A DNA stretch of 64,000 bases. Source: Octopus sinensis (lineage: Eukaryota). Shown here in pieces: positions 53,295-64,000 of the stretch (positions are counted from its first letter, which is position 1; each line of letters opens with the position of its first letter). A model generated the notes under the pieces. The model saw nothing but the letters and a program-made list of their open reading frames with translations. It searched no databases and had not been told where the DNA came from. Made by a program: the position numbers and the translations under genes. The stretch covers positions 167,834,001 through 167,898,000 of the forward strand of contig NC_042999.1 in assembly GCF_006345805.1 (NCBI RefSeq), read 5' to 3'.

Positions 53295-54364
53295 CATATG
53301 TATGTATTATATATATATATATAATATATATATATATATCATATGTATATATATATATTGTCATCATCATCATTTAACGTCCGATTTCCATGCTAGCATG
53401 GGTTGGACATATCTGTCCTGTGTTTATCTCCCACCACTGCTTGACAACCAGTGTTAGTGTTTTTACATCCCTGTAACCTAGTGGTTCTGCAAAAGAGACT
53501 GATAGAATATGTTCCATTTTCATATTCTCTCATATTCACCCATTCTAAAATCAAATAAATTAAAGTGAAAGGCAAAGAATTCTTTTAACAAAATAGATAT
53601 AAATAATTTTCTGGTTTGAGTTGGGTGAATCTCTTTGCAAGACACTAAGGTTGTTTTGTGTCTCAAATTCAATCTGAACAATATTTCATATAATTTTATG
53701 CCAATCTTTTAATAATTATAAATTTCCCTTGATCATTTAAATGAAAAATATTAAATTTTTTTAATGTAGGATTATTTCTATTTAACAAAATTGTTTTTAA
53801 ATGAAAATTTACATTAAGGATTCCATAATTAGATAACTGTTCACTTTATTCTTTAACAAATCTGTCATTAATATCATGTCTTTTACAGAGTAGTTGGCAA
53901 AGCACAAGTCTATGTGTTTATATATATTTTAGCTGCATGACGTTCTAAGGACTTGGGCGTTGTCTATCTATCTCTCTTTTCTATCTTTTCTCTTTTCAAA
54001 GAAAATATTTCTCTCAGCATTCACTATTTTCCTCTTGTTCTGGTCTAACAACCTTTTTTTATTGCTTTCGTTCGGTTTCCTTGTATGTCTCCACTGGCCT
54101 GCTTTTGTTCCCAAACTTTGACCCTCCATAAATCCAAAATTTTATTTTAGTATTTATGGGAGCAACTGTCATCAAAGATTCATATTGTCATTGAATGCTC
54201 GAAATGAGGAGTAGATAAACAGTCAACAACTGATGAAGAGTCATTCTCCATGTCATTTGTCCTGTTTTTCATTTTTTTCTCTGTACTTCATAATGTTTAC
54301 ACACCTGGTGACATCCTATACCCATATATGCATATATGTATATATGTGTATATACATATATGTA

Positions 54365-54431
<67 letters not shown>

Positions 54432-55122
54432 CTTTTTAATCCTTTACCATTTAAACCACCCATATCAAGAGCCAAGTTTTCTGTCTATTGTTTGTTCAAA
54501 CTGGCCAGATGTGGTTTTGGCAACAATAACAATAACAACATAATAATAGTGGAGCTGAAGGCAACAACGTAGGAAAAAAAACGAATTTTGATGCTTAAGG
54601 TTGCCATCAGTATAGTGACCTAGAGAGTATTACCAGCTCTTACAGAGCAGGAGTCACAAGCAGTTAGTAGTAAGTAGAGAAGTTCATTCAAGCTTGACCC
54701 TGACGTGTTTGGTAGTAATGACAGTTCATTCACAACTGGGTTTTTAAAAAGAAAAATTTTTTTAATTTTTGATCAGTTGTCACTGAGTGATTGTCAAGTG
54801 TCTTCTGCCATATCCTGACTTGGAGCAGAATCATCTTTACAGCATTATATAGGTCCATATGCAAATCAGTGTATTAGGCTCTATATTATTTATTGACAGC
54901 AGGCCACAGCATACATAGATCAGAATTAGGCCCTTCGACCTGTGAGGCCCTGTGGCAGCTGCCCAGTGTGCCAAAACCTTAAGGCAGCACTGTGTTGAAG
55001 GCTTTTATTGGGTCTTTATTTTTGCAGTTAAAACTTTGAAATCCAGCTATAAGGATGTTAAAGTTGTTTTAGGGAAAATTGCAGTAAAACTTAATATCAC
55101 AGGAGCTACATATAGTAGCTCT

Positions 55123-55630
55123 TCATCATCATTGTTTGACCATGGTCGAGACAATGGAATTTACCATGCTACGCCAGACTTCACGGTCCATCATGGCATT
55201 ACGGAGGTCCTGTTGCTGGATGCCTGTATCCCTGGAGATTACATCAGGGTAGGAGAGTGTGCGCCCTCTGGTATCGCGAGTAAATGGCTTCTAGAGGAGA
55301 AGAGTAGAAATTGCCTCGTTTTCAGCTCTACAACAATGTCCAGCAAACTGGACTCTCCTACCTTTCACAAGAGATGACACAGGTGGTAGGTTCCCATATA
55401 TTTGCATTTTGGTTGGATGACGCTTCCACGAGAGATTTTGAGCTCTCATAAGGAGGCGAGTGTAGGTTCCATCCAACTGCCTCTCAAGCTTCTTTGATAA
55501 CGTCCAGGTTTCTGAGCCATATAGTAGAATTGGTTCGACTGTGGCTTTGAAGATTTCAAGTTTGAAGTCTCTCCTTAGATTTGATGACCAGGTCTTATGC
55601 ATGTCAGAGTAGCTCTGAGAGATGTACAAA
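55123..55630 (-). mobile_element. RTE/RTEX-type LINE, 5'-truncated
   Basis: IFKATVEPILLYGSETWTLSKKLERQLDGTYTRLLMRAQNLSWKRH...FAGHCCR; (GAT)n tail. Confidence 0.85.
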
Positions 55631-56342
55631 GCACTGAAGTTATAGTTTCTTCACCTTTGTTCAACATATTTGAGTAGAATATGGTTTTGATCCTATTCCA
55701 CTTCATAACATTTAAATTACTCTCTCAAATGTAATGCTTATTTTATCACATTGCTTTGAATTAATCACACCTAAAACCACTAAACCTTATGAAGGAGATG
55801 ACAGAGGACTGAGATACGTGGTGCATTGCTGTACTCAGGAAGACCTGCCCATCACAACAGAATTGAAATCCTAAAACCAAGGAGCCATGTAAAAAGCACT
55901 GGTGATGTTGCCATACAAAAGGCACCCAGTATACTCTGCGGAGTGGTTGGTGTTAGGAAGGGCATCCAACTCTAGAAGCCAAGCCAAAACAGATTTATTC
56001 ACATTGTTTTGAATTAATCACTCATTATCTTGTAGCTTTGAGATTTTGATGATGTAGTTATTTATTTTTACAATGACAAATGTTGAGTATGTGCCAAATC
56101 TGGCCAGTTCAAACATAAAACAGGTAGAATATTTTGGCCAGGTGTGGCTGGTTTAAAAGCTAAAGGGATTAAAAAATAGAGAATTTATTAATGAACTAAT
56201 TTTAGTCCTTTCCAATAAGTAAGCAAAATAATTAATAATGTAATTATAATTACATAATAAAACAGATTATTTAAATTTTTTTTTTAAATCTTGATTTTTG
56301 ATAAATAATTAGAATTGTATTTTATTTTTCTAACTTTTACAG

Positions 56343-56502
56343 ATAAAGCATCAAATACAAAAAGAATTAAAAAAGTTGTTAAAGGTACAAAAGTAAAGTT
56401 AGTATGTACATCACCAATTGAAAATGAAAATGCCAAATTCCGATGGTTGAGGAATGGAGCACTTATACGAAATTCAAGAGATATAAGCAAGAGAAAAAAA
56501 AG
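56343..56502 (+). CDS. Exon encoding the N-terminal half of an Ig I-set domain (secreted/cell-surface protein, neuregulin/Vein-like)
   Basis: Acceptor ttttatttttctaacttttacag|, donor ag|gtaagt, phase 1 to phase 2; KKVVKGTKVKLVCTSPIENENAKFRWLRNGALIRNSRDISKRKK contains the B-strand Cys and C-strand Trp. Confidence 0.85.
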
Positions 56503-57977
56503 GTAAGTTTGTTTTTCTATACTAGCATGAGTTAGATGAGTATATTATTTGTTTTGCATCTGGTTGCCTTTCCTATCACCTAACCCTTATCTGTTTTTCA
56601 AGGAAGGAATCTTGTATTTTACACATCTTCAAAGGTGCCAACAGACACATAATTTCTTCACAGAAGTGGAAGTGACAATGACAGGACCACTGGTTTTTGT
56701 ACTTCATGTTGTTTACACAGCTGGTGACATCCTATACCCATATATGCATATATGTATATATGTGTATATATATATATGTGTATATATATATATATATTCC
56801 TTTTTAATCCTTTACCATTTAAACCAGCCATATCAAGGGTCAAGTTTTCTGTCTATTGTATGTTCAAACTGGCCAGATGGTTCTTTAATAGAGCACAAAT
56901 GTAAACACACACACACATACATAGGCTTCTTTCAGTTTCCCTTCACCAACTTTATTCACAAGGCTTAGATGGCCTTGGGGTTCTAGTAGAAGACTCTTGC
57001 CTTCATCAGTATTATTTTTTAATTCATGAACGTTTTGGAAATAACTAATTCAATGTAGAAAATGATTAATGAAGATTTTCACTTCATTGCTTTGCCAAAA
57101 GCAAAAAAAAAGTTGTAAGTCATTGATTTCAAGTTTTGGAACAAGGCCAGAAATTTTGGAGGAGGGAGCAAGCTGATGACATCAGCCCCAGTACCCAACT
57201 GATTTTATCGACCACAAAAAGATGAAAGGCAAAATCTACCTCAGTGAATTTTGAAGATGCCATAAACTTTTTATTGCAGAGTTATGGTAAAACCTGATAT
57301 TAGTTGAATCAAAAATTATCTATGCAGCGGCAGGTAACTGTATCACAGAAAAGTAGTTCTAAAATCAAACATACTTTTCTGAGAATTTAAATAATAATTC
57401 AGAGATGCTATCTATCCACAAGTTAAACAGCAGTAAAGTTAGTATTAATATAGTTTATGCAATGAAAAAAAAAAAAAAGAAAATTAGTCAATGGCCAAAA
57501 TATTATTTTCATTTTTCCAGCCAAATATGTTGATATTTATGCCTCACTGATGAAGTCAGAATAATACTAAAACATGTCTACAGTAATATAAATCTATCTC
57601 TTTGAAACCTCCTTCATGTCCAAATTTTCTTCTAAGCCAATATTCTACAATTGCTTAGACCAAATTTTAGCTGCACTAACCTCATTCCACTACTTCAGTT
57701 GCCTTGACCTGGAAAAGTTGTTAAAGTTATAGTCCAAGTCTTCCTTTTGTTGGACTAACAAACAGAAAGCAATAAACTATTTTCCCTCCAATCTTTTTTT
57801 ATAGTTTTGCATATTCTTCTACTTACAGCTAATGTAGCTCATTTCAGTCATTCAACCAGCATGCATCTAAACTCAATTTCTGTAATTAAACATTGAACAT
57901 TAAAGTAACAAAGTTATAAACATGCTTCATATAATCAGTGTCATCATTACCGTTACTATCACCATAAACATCATATA

Positions 57978-58210
57978 TTTCTTTACTACCCACAAGGGGC
58001 TAAACACAGAGGGGACAAACAAGGACAGACAAATGGATTAAGTCGATTACATCGACCCCAGTGCGTAACTGGTACTTAATTTATCGACCCACGAAAGGAT
58101 GAAAGGCAAAGTCGACCTCGGTGGAATTTGAACTCAGAACGTAACGGCAGACGAAATACGGCTACGCATTTCACCCAGCGTGCTAACGTATCTGCCAGCT
58201 CGCCACCTTA
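57978..58210 (-). mobile_element. SINE family E (young copy)
   Basis: Minus head taaggtggcgagctggcagatacgttagcacg...gttcaaattcc; relatives at 4107, 27925, 39052, 44670, 45140 and 57105. Confidence 0.85.
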
Positions 58211-59096
58211 AACATCCATAAACATCATTTAACTCCAGTTTTCCATGCTAGCGAGGAAAAACAGATCTCCAACACAGTTTCTCAGCATTTCTTGCAGTCT
58301 TTTGTCATCTCTTGAGACTAGCTTCTATTTTGTCTTTCTGTGTCTGCCTCAGTATTCCTCTTTCACAGATTCATCCCAGCTGTAAATCACTGGCTATATT
58401 TTATCCTACTGTCATTCTCCATCTGCATCACATATCTGTTTCAACTCAGTCTTTCTCTAACATTTTATATCTGATTCCTTTTGAACCCAGTTTTTCTCTT
58501 TCAGCTCTTATTGTCTTTCTTTTTTACTCATCATTCATGCATATCTTCATCATTACAAATCCACTAAAACATGCTCACTTGCCTTTAATGTCTATATTTC
58601 ACGACCATGCAATACTGCACTTTGAACTCAAGCATAATATAATTTGCTCTGCATTCTTACAGAAGCACCTTGAACTTTTACTTCTCTGTTTTTAATCTAG
58701 CTTCTATACTTTTAGAACTCTCTTCTATACTCTAATTAAATCACCTAAGTAACAGAAGCTGTCAACCATTTTTAAACAACCCTCCAATTATTTGAAAGAA
58801 TTTATTTTATAACTACTTTAAGAATTTCAGCTACTCATATCAATCCCATTCTGTTATTCTATTAATCTCTGTTGATAAATAGAAACGAGAATACAATATA
58901 GTTGCAAAAAACATTATGCAATGATGTAAGAAAAAAAACTGTTACATTTCTGTCTGATGAATAACTGAAATAGCTTCTGAGTATTTATAGAAGAAAATTT
59001 TAGTATCAATATTTTGCAGCAGGGCTAAATGTGTTTTAAGCGTATTTTTATGTTATAAATATCATATTTACTTTCACACACTGAAACAAATGATTG

Positions 59097-59294
59097 ACTC
59101 TTTAGCATTCAGATTACTCTATAAAATATGATGCTTATTTACTCCTATTGTTTTCAATTAATCATGCATTATCTCATAGCTTTGAGTTTTTGTTAATGTA
59201 ATTGTTCATTTTGAGAATGACCTTGAAAGTTAAGTGTGAGAGGTCATATTTGGTTGGTTTTGAGTCAGATATGGCCGATTTAAATGCTGAAAGG
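59097..59294. mobile_element. piggyBac-like MITE family P (diverged)
   Basis: tttagcattcagattactct...gctgaaagg|ttaa. Confidence 0.7.
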
Positions 59295-59538
59295 TTAATC
59301 AAAGTGTAGAGCCTATCATGAACACAAGAACTTTCTCTTACCTTTTCGGTGCTTGTAGTGAATTCTCAATACTGACTTCCTGTCACTTGTTTTAAGCAAG
59401 GTCATTCACTTTGTATAAGAAAGTCTGCTCTTTTATATTAAGTTTTTATGCCCTAAAATATCTTTAAGGTTGCATTTATAAATTTATCTATTTTATATTT
59501 TAACATAATACTAACTGGAATTGTTTCATTATCTTCAG

Positions 59539-59684
59539 GTTCAAAAAAAAAAAAAGTAAAAAAGTTTTTCAAAGATCAACTCTTCGGATAAGGAAAGTTA
59601 CATCAGAGCACACTGGAACTTACACATGTGCTATCGACATAAAAGGAAAAAAATATTTAAAGGATTTTTTTTTATTTGTTACAC
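59539..59684 (+). CDS. Exon encoding the C-terminal half of the same Ig domain
   Basis: Acceptor ttgtttcattatcttcag|, donor c|gtaagt, phase 2 to phase 1, in frame with the previous exon; FKKKKSKKVFQRSTLRIRKVTSEHTGTYTCAIDIKGKKYLKDFFLFVT has the E-strand L-x-I and G-x-Y-x-C. Confidence 0.87.
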
Positions 59685-60026
59685 GTAAGTTGAATACTTT
59701 TAATACCTCCCCATGATTACTGATGATATGATATATTGCTATGAAATATGTATATACAACAATCCAGCAGTTCTTCTTTGTAATCTTTTCAGCAACTGTC
59801 ACAAAAGCCAGTGATTAGTACCTAGCCACCTCCTCTGTGCCGAATCTAAATAGCAAAAACTTAAATTATAGTGGCTAAATTCACCTCACTGAAATAGGTA
59901 TATACATCTAACCAATGTAATCAGCCAAATCATTGTTTAATTAATTAGTATTTCATTGTCATGCAATACTGAATTCTGCCCTTTTATCGACCTGGATCAC
60001 CAAAAAAGTGTTGTTGCACTGAGTCT

Positions 60027-60198
60027 AGGACATTTACCCAACATGGACAAAACTGCCCCAAGGACAATTACCCCTGAGGACAACAGGTGATGATTTAAAG
60101 CTTCTTAATATATTGGAGAGGGGGTAATTAACCAAAAGGGGTGTAATTGTCCTGGGGTAGTTGTCATCGGGGGAATGTCCTATGGGTGTAATTGTCCT
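60027..60198. mobile_element. Small MITE-like element with inverted arrays of ggacaattacccc subrepeats
   Basis: Left ggacatttaccc/ggacaattacccc; right ggggtaatt../ggtgtaattgtcc. Confidence 0.5.
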
Positions 60199-60859
60199 TA
60201 TACAGTTGCTCTAGCTCTACTTTACCCAACATTAACACCAATATCAAGAGAGTAACACAAACAACTAGGTTACTGTATTTAATCAGTTAATGTGTTTAAT
60301 CCTACAACCTGTCCAGAATTGCTTTTTCCAGAACCTACTCTGTAGCAAGCATTTGGACCAAGACCTTGTCTAAAAATAACTTTTTCCTCTGTTCTTGGAA
60401 GTCCTGAAAAGTGTCATGGACACGGTTTCCCCATGTTTCATAATTAGTTTTGAAAGTTTGTAAGTCATAACCAACCCCTTCACAATTTGCTTAGTTTGTT
60501 TGATAAACAACCCTTTGAAAGTAAGACAGTTTTTAAAATCATTTTTCATTTAATGAAAGTAGTCTTCATCTTTTCTGGCTTTATTAGAATGAATTTTTTT
60601 TTTTTTTGTAAATGTTCGATGATTTTTGAAAGTTTCATTGCTTCATTTGAGAATAATTTTTTTTTCACATACTCAACATAGTGACAGTTGCACACTATTT
60701 ATAGATGGAATAACATTATATTTCAAATGTTTATTTGAGTATTGATGACACTTTCTTTTTTCACTCATTCTAAGATTTTAAAAGGGTAACATTCGCAACA
60801 ATTGTATATAATTATGTCACTAAACTTAAATGTAATGGAGATTACTATATATGAAGAGA

Positions 60860-61221
60860 GTGGAGGTGCAATGCCCAGTGGTTAGGGCAGCGGACTCGCA
60901 GTCATAGGATCGTGGTTTCGATTCCCAGACCGGGCGTTGTGAGTGTTTATTGAGCGAAAACACCTAAAAGCTCCACGAGGCTCCGGCAAGGGATGGTGGT
61001 GATCCCTGCTGTACTCTTTCACCACAACTTTCTCTCACTCTTACTTCCTGTTTCTGTTGTACCTGTATTTCTGTGTCACGCTGAATATCCCCAAGAACTA
61101 CGTTAAGGGTACACGTGTCTGTAGAGTGCTCAGCCACTTACACGTTAATTTCACGAGCAGGCTGTTCCGTTGATTTGGTTCAACCGGAACCCTCGTCATC
61201 GTAACCGACGGAGTGCTTCCA
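60860..61221 (+). mobile_element. SINE family B1
   Basis: Match with a small internal deletion. Confidence 0.88.
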
Positions 61222-61403
61222 CATATGAAGAAAACAAGCAATACTGCCTGCCTAAAAGATACTCTCCAAGACAAATATAACATCAAAAACTAATCATTCT
61301 TGTCCAAACATGTCTTTAACCAAGATATATACTTACCTCTCATTTTATTCCAATAACATTTACTAATATTATCAAGTATTAAGCATGGTATTATCAAGCA
61401 TAA

Positions 61404-61610
61404 GCACAGGTGTGGCAGTGTGGTAAATAGCTTGCTTACACAACCACATGGTTCTGGGTTCAGTCCCACTGCATGGTACCTTGGGCAAGAGTCTTCTACT
61501 ATAGCCTCGGGCCAACCACAGCCTTGTGAGTGGATTTGGTAGAGGGAAACTGAAAGAAGCTTCTAGTATGTATGTATGTATGTATGTATGTATGTATGTA
61601 TGTATGTATG

Positions 61611-61641
<31 letters not shown>

Positions 61642-62055
61642 TGTACTTATGTATGTATGTAAGTATGTATGTATGTATGTATGTATGTATGTATGTATGA
61701 ATGTATGTATGTATGTATGTATGTATGTATGTATGTATGTATGTATGTAGGTATGTAGGTACGTAGGTACGTATGTATGTAGGTATGTAGGTACGTAGGT
61801 ACGTAGGTAGGTATGTAGGTACGTAGGTAGGTATGTAGGTAGGTATGTAGTTATGTGTACTTGTCTGTGTTTAACCTCCGTCATCACTTGACAACAGGTG
61901 CTGGTGGGTTTATGTCCCCATAACTTAGCAGTTTGGCAAAAGAGAATAAGTACTAGGATTACAGAGAATAAATCTTGAAGTCAATTTCTTTGATTAAAAC
62001 CCTTTAAGATGGTGCTCCAGAATGACTACAGTCAAATGACTGAAAAAAGTAAAAG
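61404..62055 (+). mobile_element. SINE family A with internal (GTAT)n/(GTAG)n expansion (~61566-61855)
   Basis: Head at 61404, ~290-bp tetranucleotide array, tail to ~62055. Confidence 0.82.
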
Positions 62056-62685
62056 GATATTATATAATTACTACAATAGGTACAATTTTATATGTTAATT
62101 ATGTTACCTGACCAGCATGGAAAACATTGGATGTTGATGATGTGTACACTTTTGTTACTGACACTATTATTGTTACCTTTGGTCATGTTGTTCATCAGAC
62201 TATTGCTGTCTATGTGTTTGTGTATCTCTTTGTTTCATTCTTATATTTTTCTGCCTATTTGTATTTGAATTTTGTTTTAAGAAGAAAAAATTGTTTTTGC
62301 ATATTCTAAGCTTGTTTCATTTTGCTTTGAAGAGACATATTCAGTGCTGCACCTTTCTTGTTTATAGTTTGTGTTATTCACATATTTCATAAAGACACAT
62401 TGAAATAAGTATACAGAAATTGTTACAACTGAGAATCAAAAACTAAATTGCAAACTTTTTTTTATTTTTACTAAGAACATATGAAACTCCACCAAAGCAA
62501 TTGGAAATTTTCCTGAATTATTAGTTTGGTAGCAAAAAGAAATAGGTGTGTGTGAGTGTGTGCATTTGTTTATGTGGATGCAAGTACTTAAAAAAAATGC
62601 TTTGTAAATCTGTTTCCCAGTTGTATTTATGGTGACCCCCCCCCCCAAAAAAAGGGTGAAAATCCTTCCCAAGTCATATAGACTC

Positions 62686-62880
62686 ATAGGGCCGGTTCCC
62701 CACCTGGATGGGACGCCAGTCCATTGCAGGATTACTCATTTTTGCCATCTGAATCAACTGGAGCAACATGAAATGAAGTATTTTTCTCAAGAACACAATG
62801 TGTCACCTGGTCCAGGAGTCAAAACCACAATCTTACAAGCGTGAGTCCAACACCCTAACCACAAAGCCATATACCTCCAC
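62686..62880 (-). mobile_element. SINE family D
   Basis: Match to 2775-2959. Confidence 0.72.
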
Positions 62881-63802
62881 ACTAATAAGAAGTGAAAATA
62901 TTTTTTTAAAATATAAAAAAGACTAAGTGATTTTTAAATATAAAAAAACTAAGTGGTTCTATATTGACACAACTTTCCAATTGAAATTTAGATTTAGAAT
63001 GTTATCAAAGCAGAATATTATCATTTCTATACCTACTTAATATTGAATAGATCATGGTATCTAGTGCTATTGGGGGGAGCATATTTTCTCAATAATATTA
63101 ATTAAAAGTCCAATCCATGCCAGACGAAGCTGGCGAACGGCCATGCTTGGATGGTGTTTTTTACGTGCCACCGGCACGGAGGCCAGGCGAGGCTGGCATG
63201 GTCACGATCAGATGGTGTTTGTTACGTGCCCACAGCACGGAGGCCAGTCGATGCGGTACTGGCTACGGCCACGTTCGGATGGTTTTGTTATGTGCCACCG
63301 GCACTGGTACCACAAAAATACAAATTCCTTTGATGTTCATCGATTTTGATTCCGTGCATGTATTAGTCCTTACCTGAGACTACTTCTGGTTCTACAATAG
63401 AAACTAAACTCTTTATTATTTTCAAAATCAATTGAAATAAAGGCAGGTTTTTTCAATAGGAACATGGTAATGAAGGGGTTAAAATTGTTGATGTTCACTT
63501 CTAACAAATTGTTGTGGCTTACAGACAGGTATTTTGTACTTAAAATAGTCTGCTAAATTCACAACCTGGTATACTTTAAATATAAAATCACAAGAATATA
63601 TTCTACAATAAGTCTACTGTTGTAATAATGTCACATTTGCTAGCTTGTCTTCTGTTGTAATCTCCTTATGCTTGAACTCTGCTTATTACTACTGGTTGCT
63701 GTATGCAGCTGCCATCTATCCTGACTGATCATATAGACATGATTAAACAAATTTATGCTACACAGTTGGTTGAATGATAGATCAAATTTGATCCTACATA
63801 CT

Positions 63803-64000
63803 CTTTACTCTTTACTTGTTTCAGTCCTTTGACTGTGGCCATGCTGAAGCACTGCCTTTAGTTGAGCAAATCAACCCCAGGACTTATTCTTTGTAAGCCC
63901 AGTACTTATTCTATCATTCTCTTTTGCTGAACCGCTAAGTTATGGTGACATAAACACACCTGCATCGGTTGTCAAGTGATGTTGGGGGGACAAACACAGA
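63803..64000 (-). mobile_element. SINE family A 3' part (runs off the window)
   Basis: tactcttttacttgtttcagtc... match. Confidence 0.85.

Noticed and set aside
54183-54250. Possible type II hammerhead (gaatgctc-GAAA ... CTGATGA-agagtcattc)
   Set aside because: The stem II strands pair, but stems I and III cannot form in the 25 nt between; more likely relics of tandem PLE hammerheads.

Overview
Eukaryotic, AT-rich, microsatellite-saturated DNA, very probably mostly intron or intergenic sequence of an octopus (inferred from the tRNA-derived SINE families and (TA)n/(CA)n density). Two well-supported exons on + (56343-56502, 59539-59684) splice in frame to give one very basic Ig I-set domain reminiscent of neuregulin/Vein. 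Most of the rest is mobile DNA: a near-intact DD34D mariner, two decayed rosa-like Tc1/mariner elements, 7 non-autonomous Helitrons, several SINE families, TTAA MITEs, RTE/RTEX LINE fragments and a decayed Penelope-like element. The standout is a 487-bp tandem repeat (35907-36903) inserted in (TA)n. Each monomer carries a type I hammerhead ribozyme fold on the minus strand within a highly base-paired RNA, which suggests a retrozyme-like circular-RNA retroelement. The window also holds several local templated or fold-back duplications. All calls were made by eye with no database searches; SINE/MITE boundaries are approximate.
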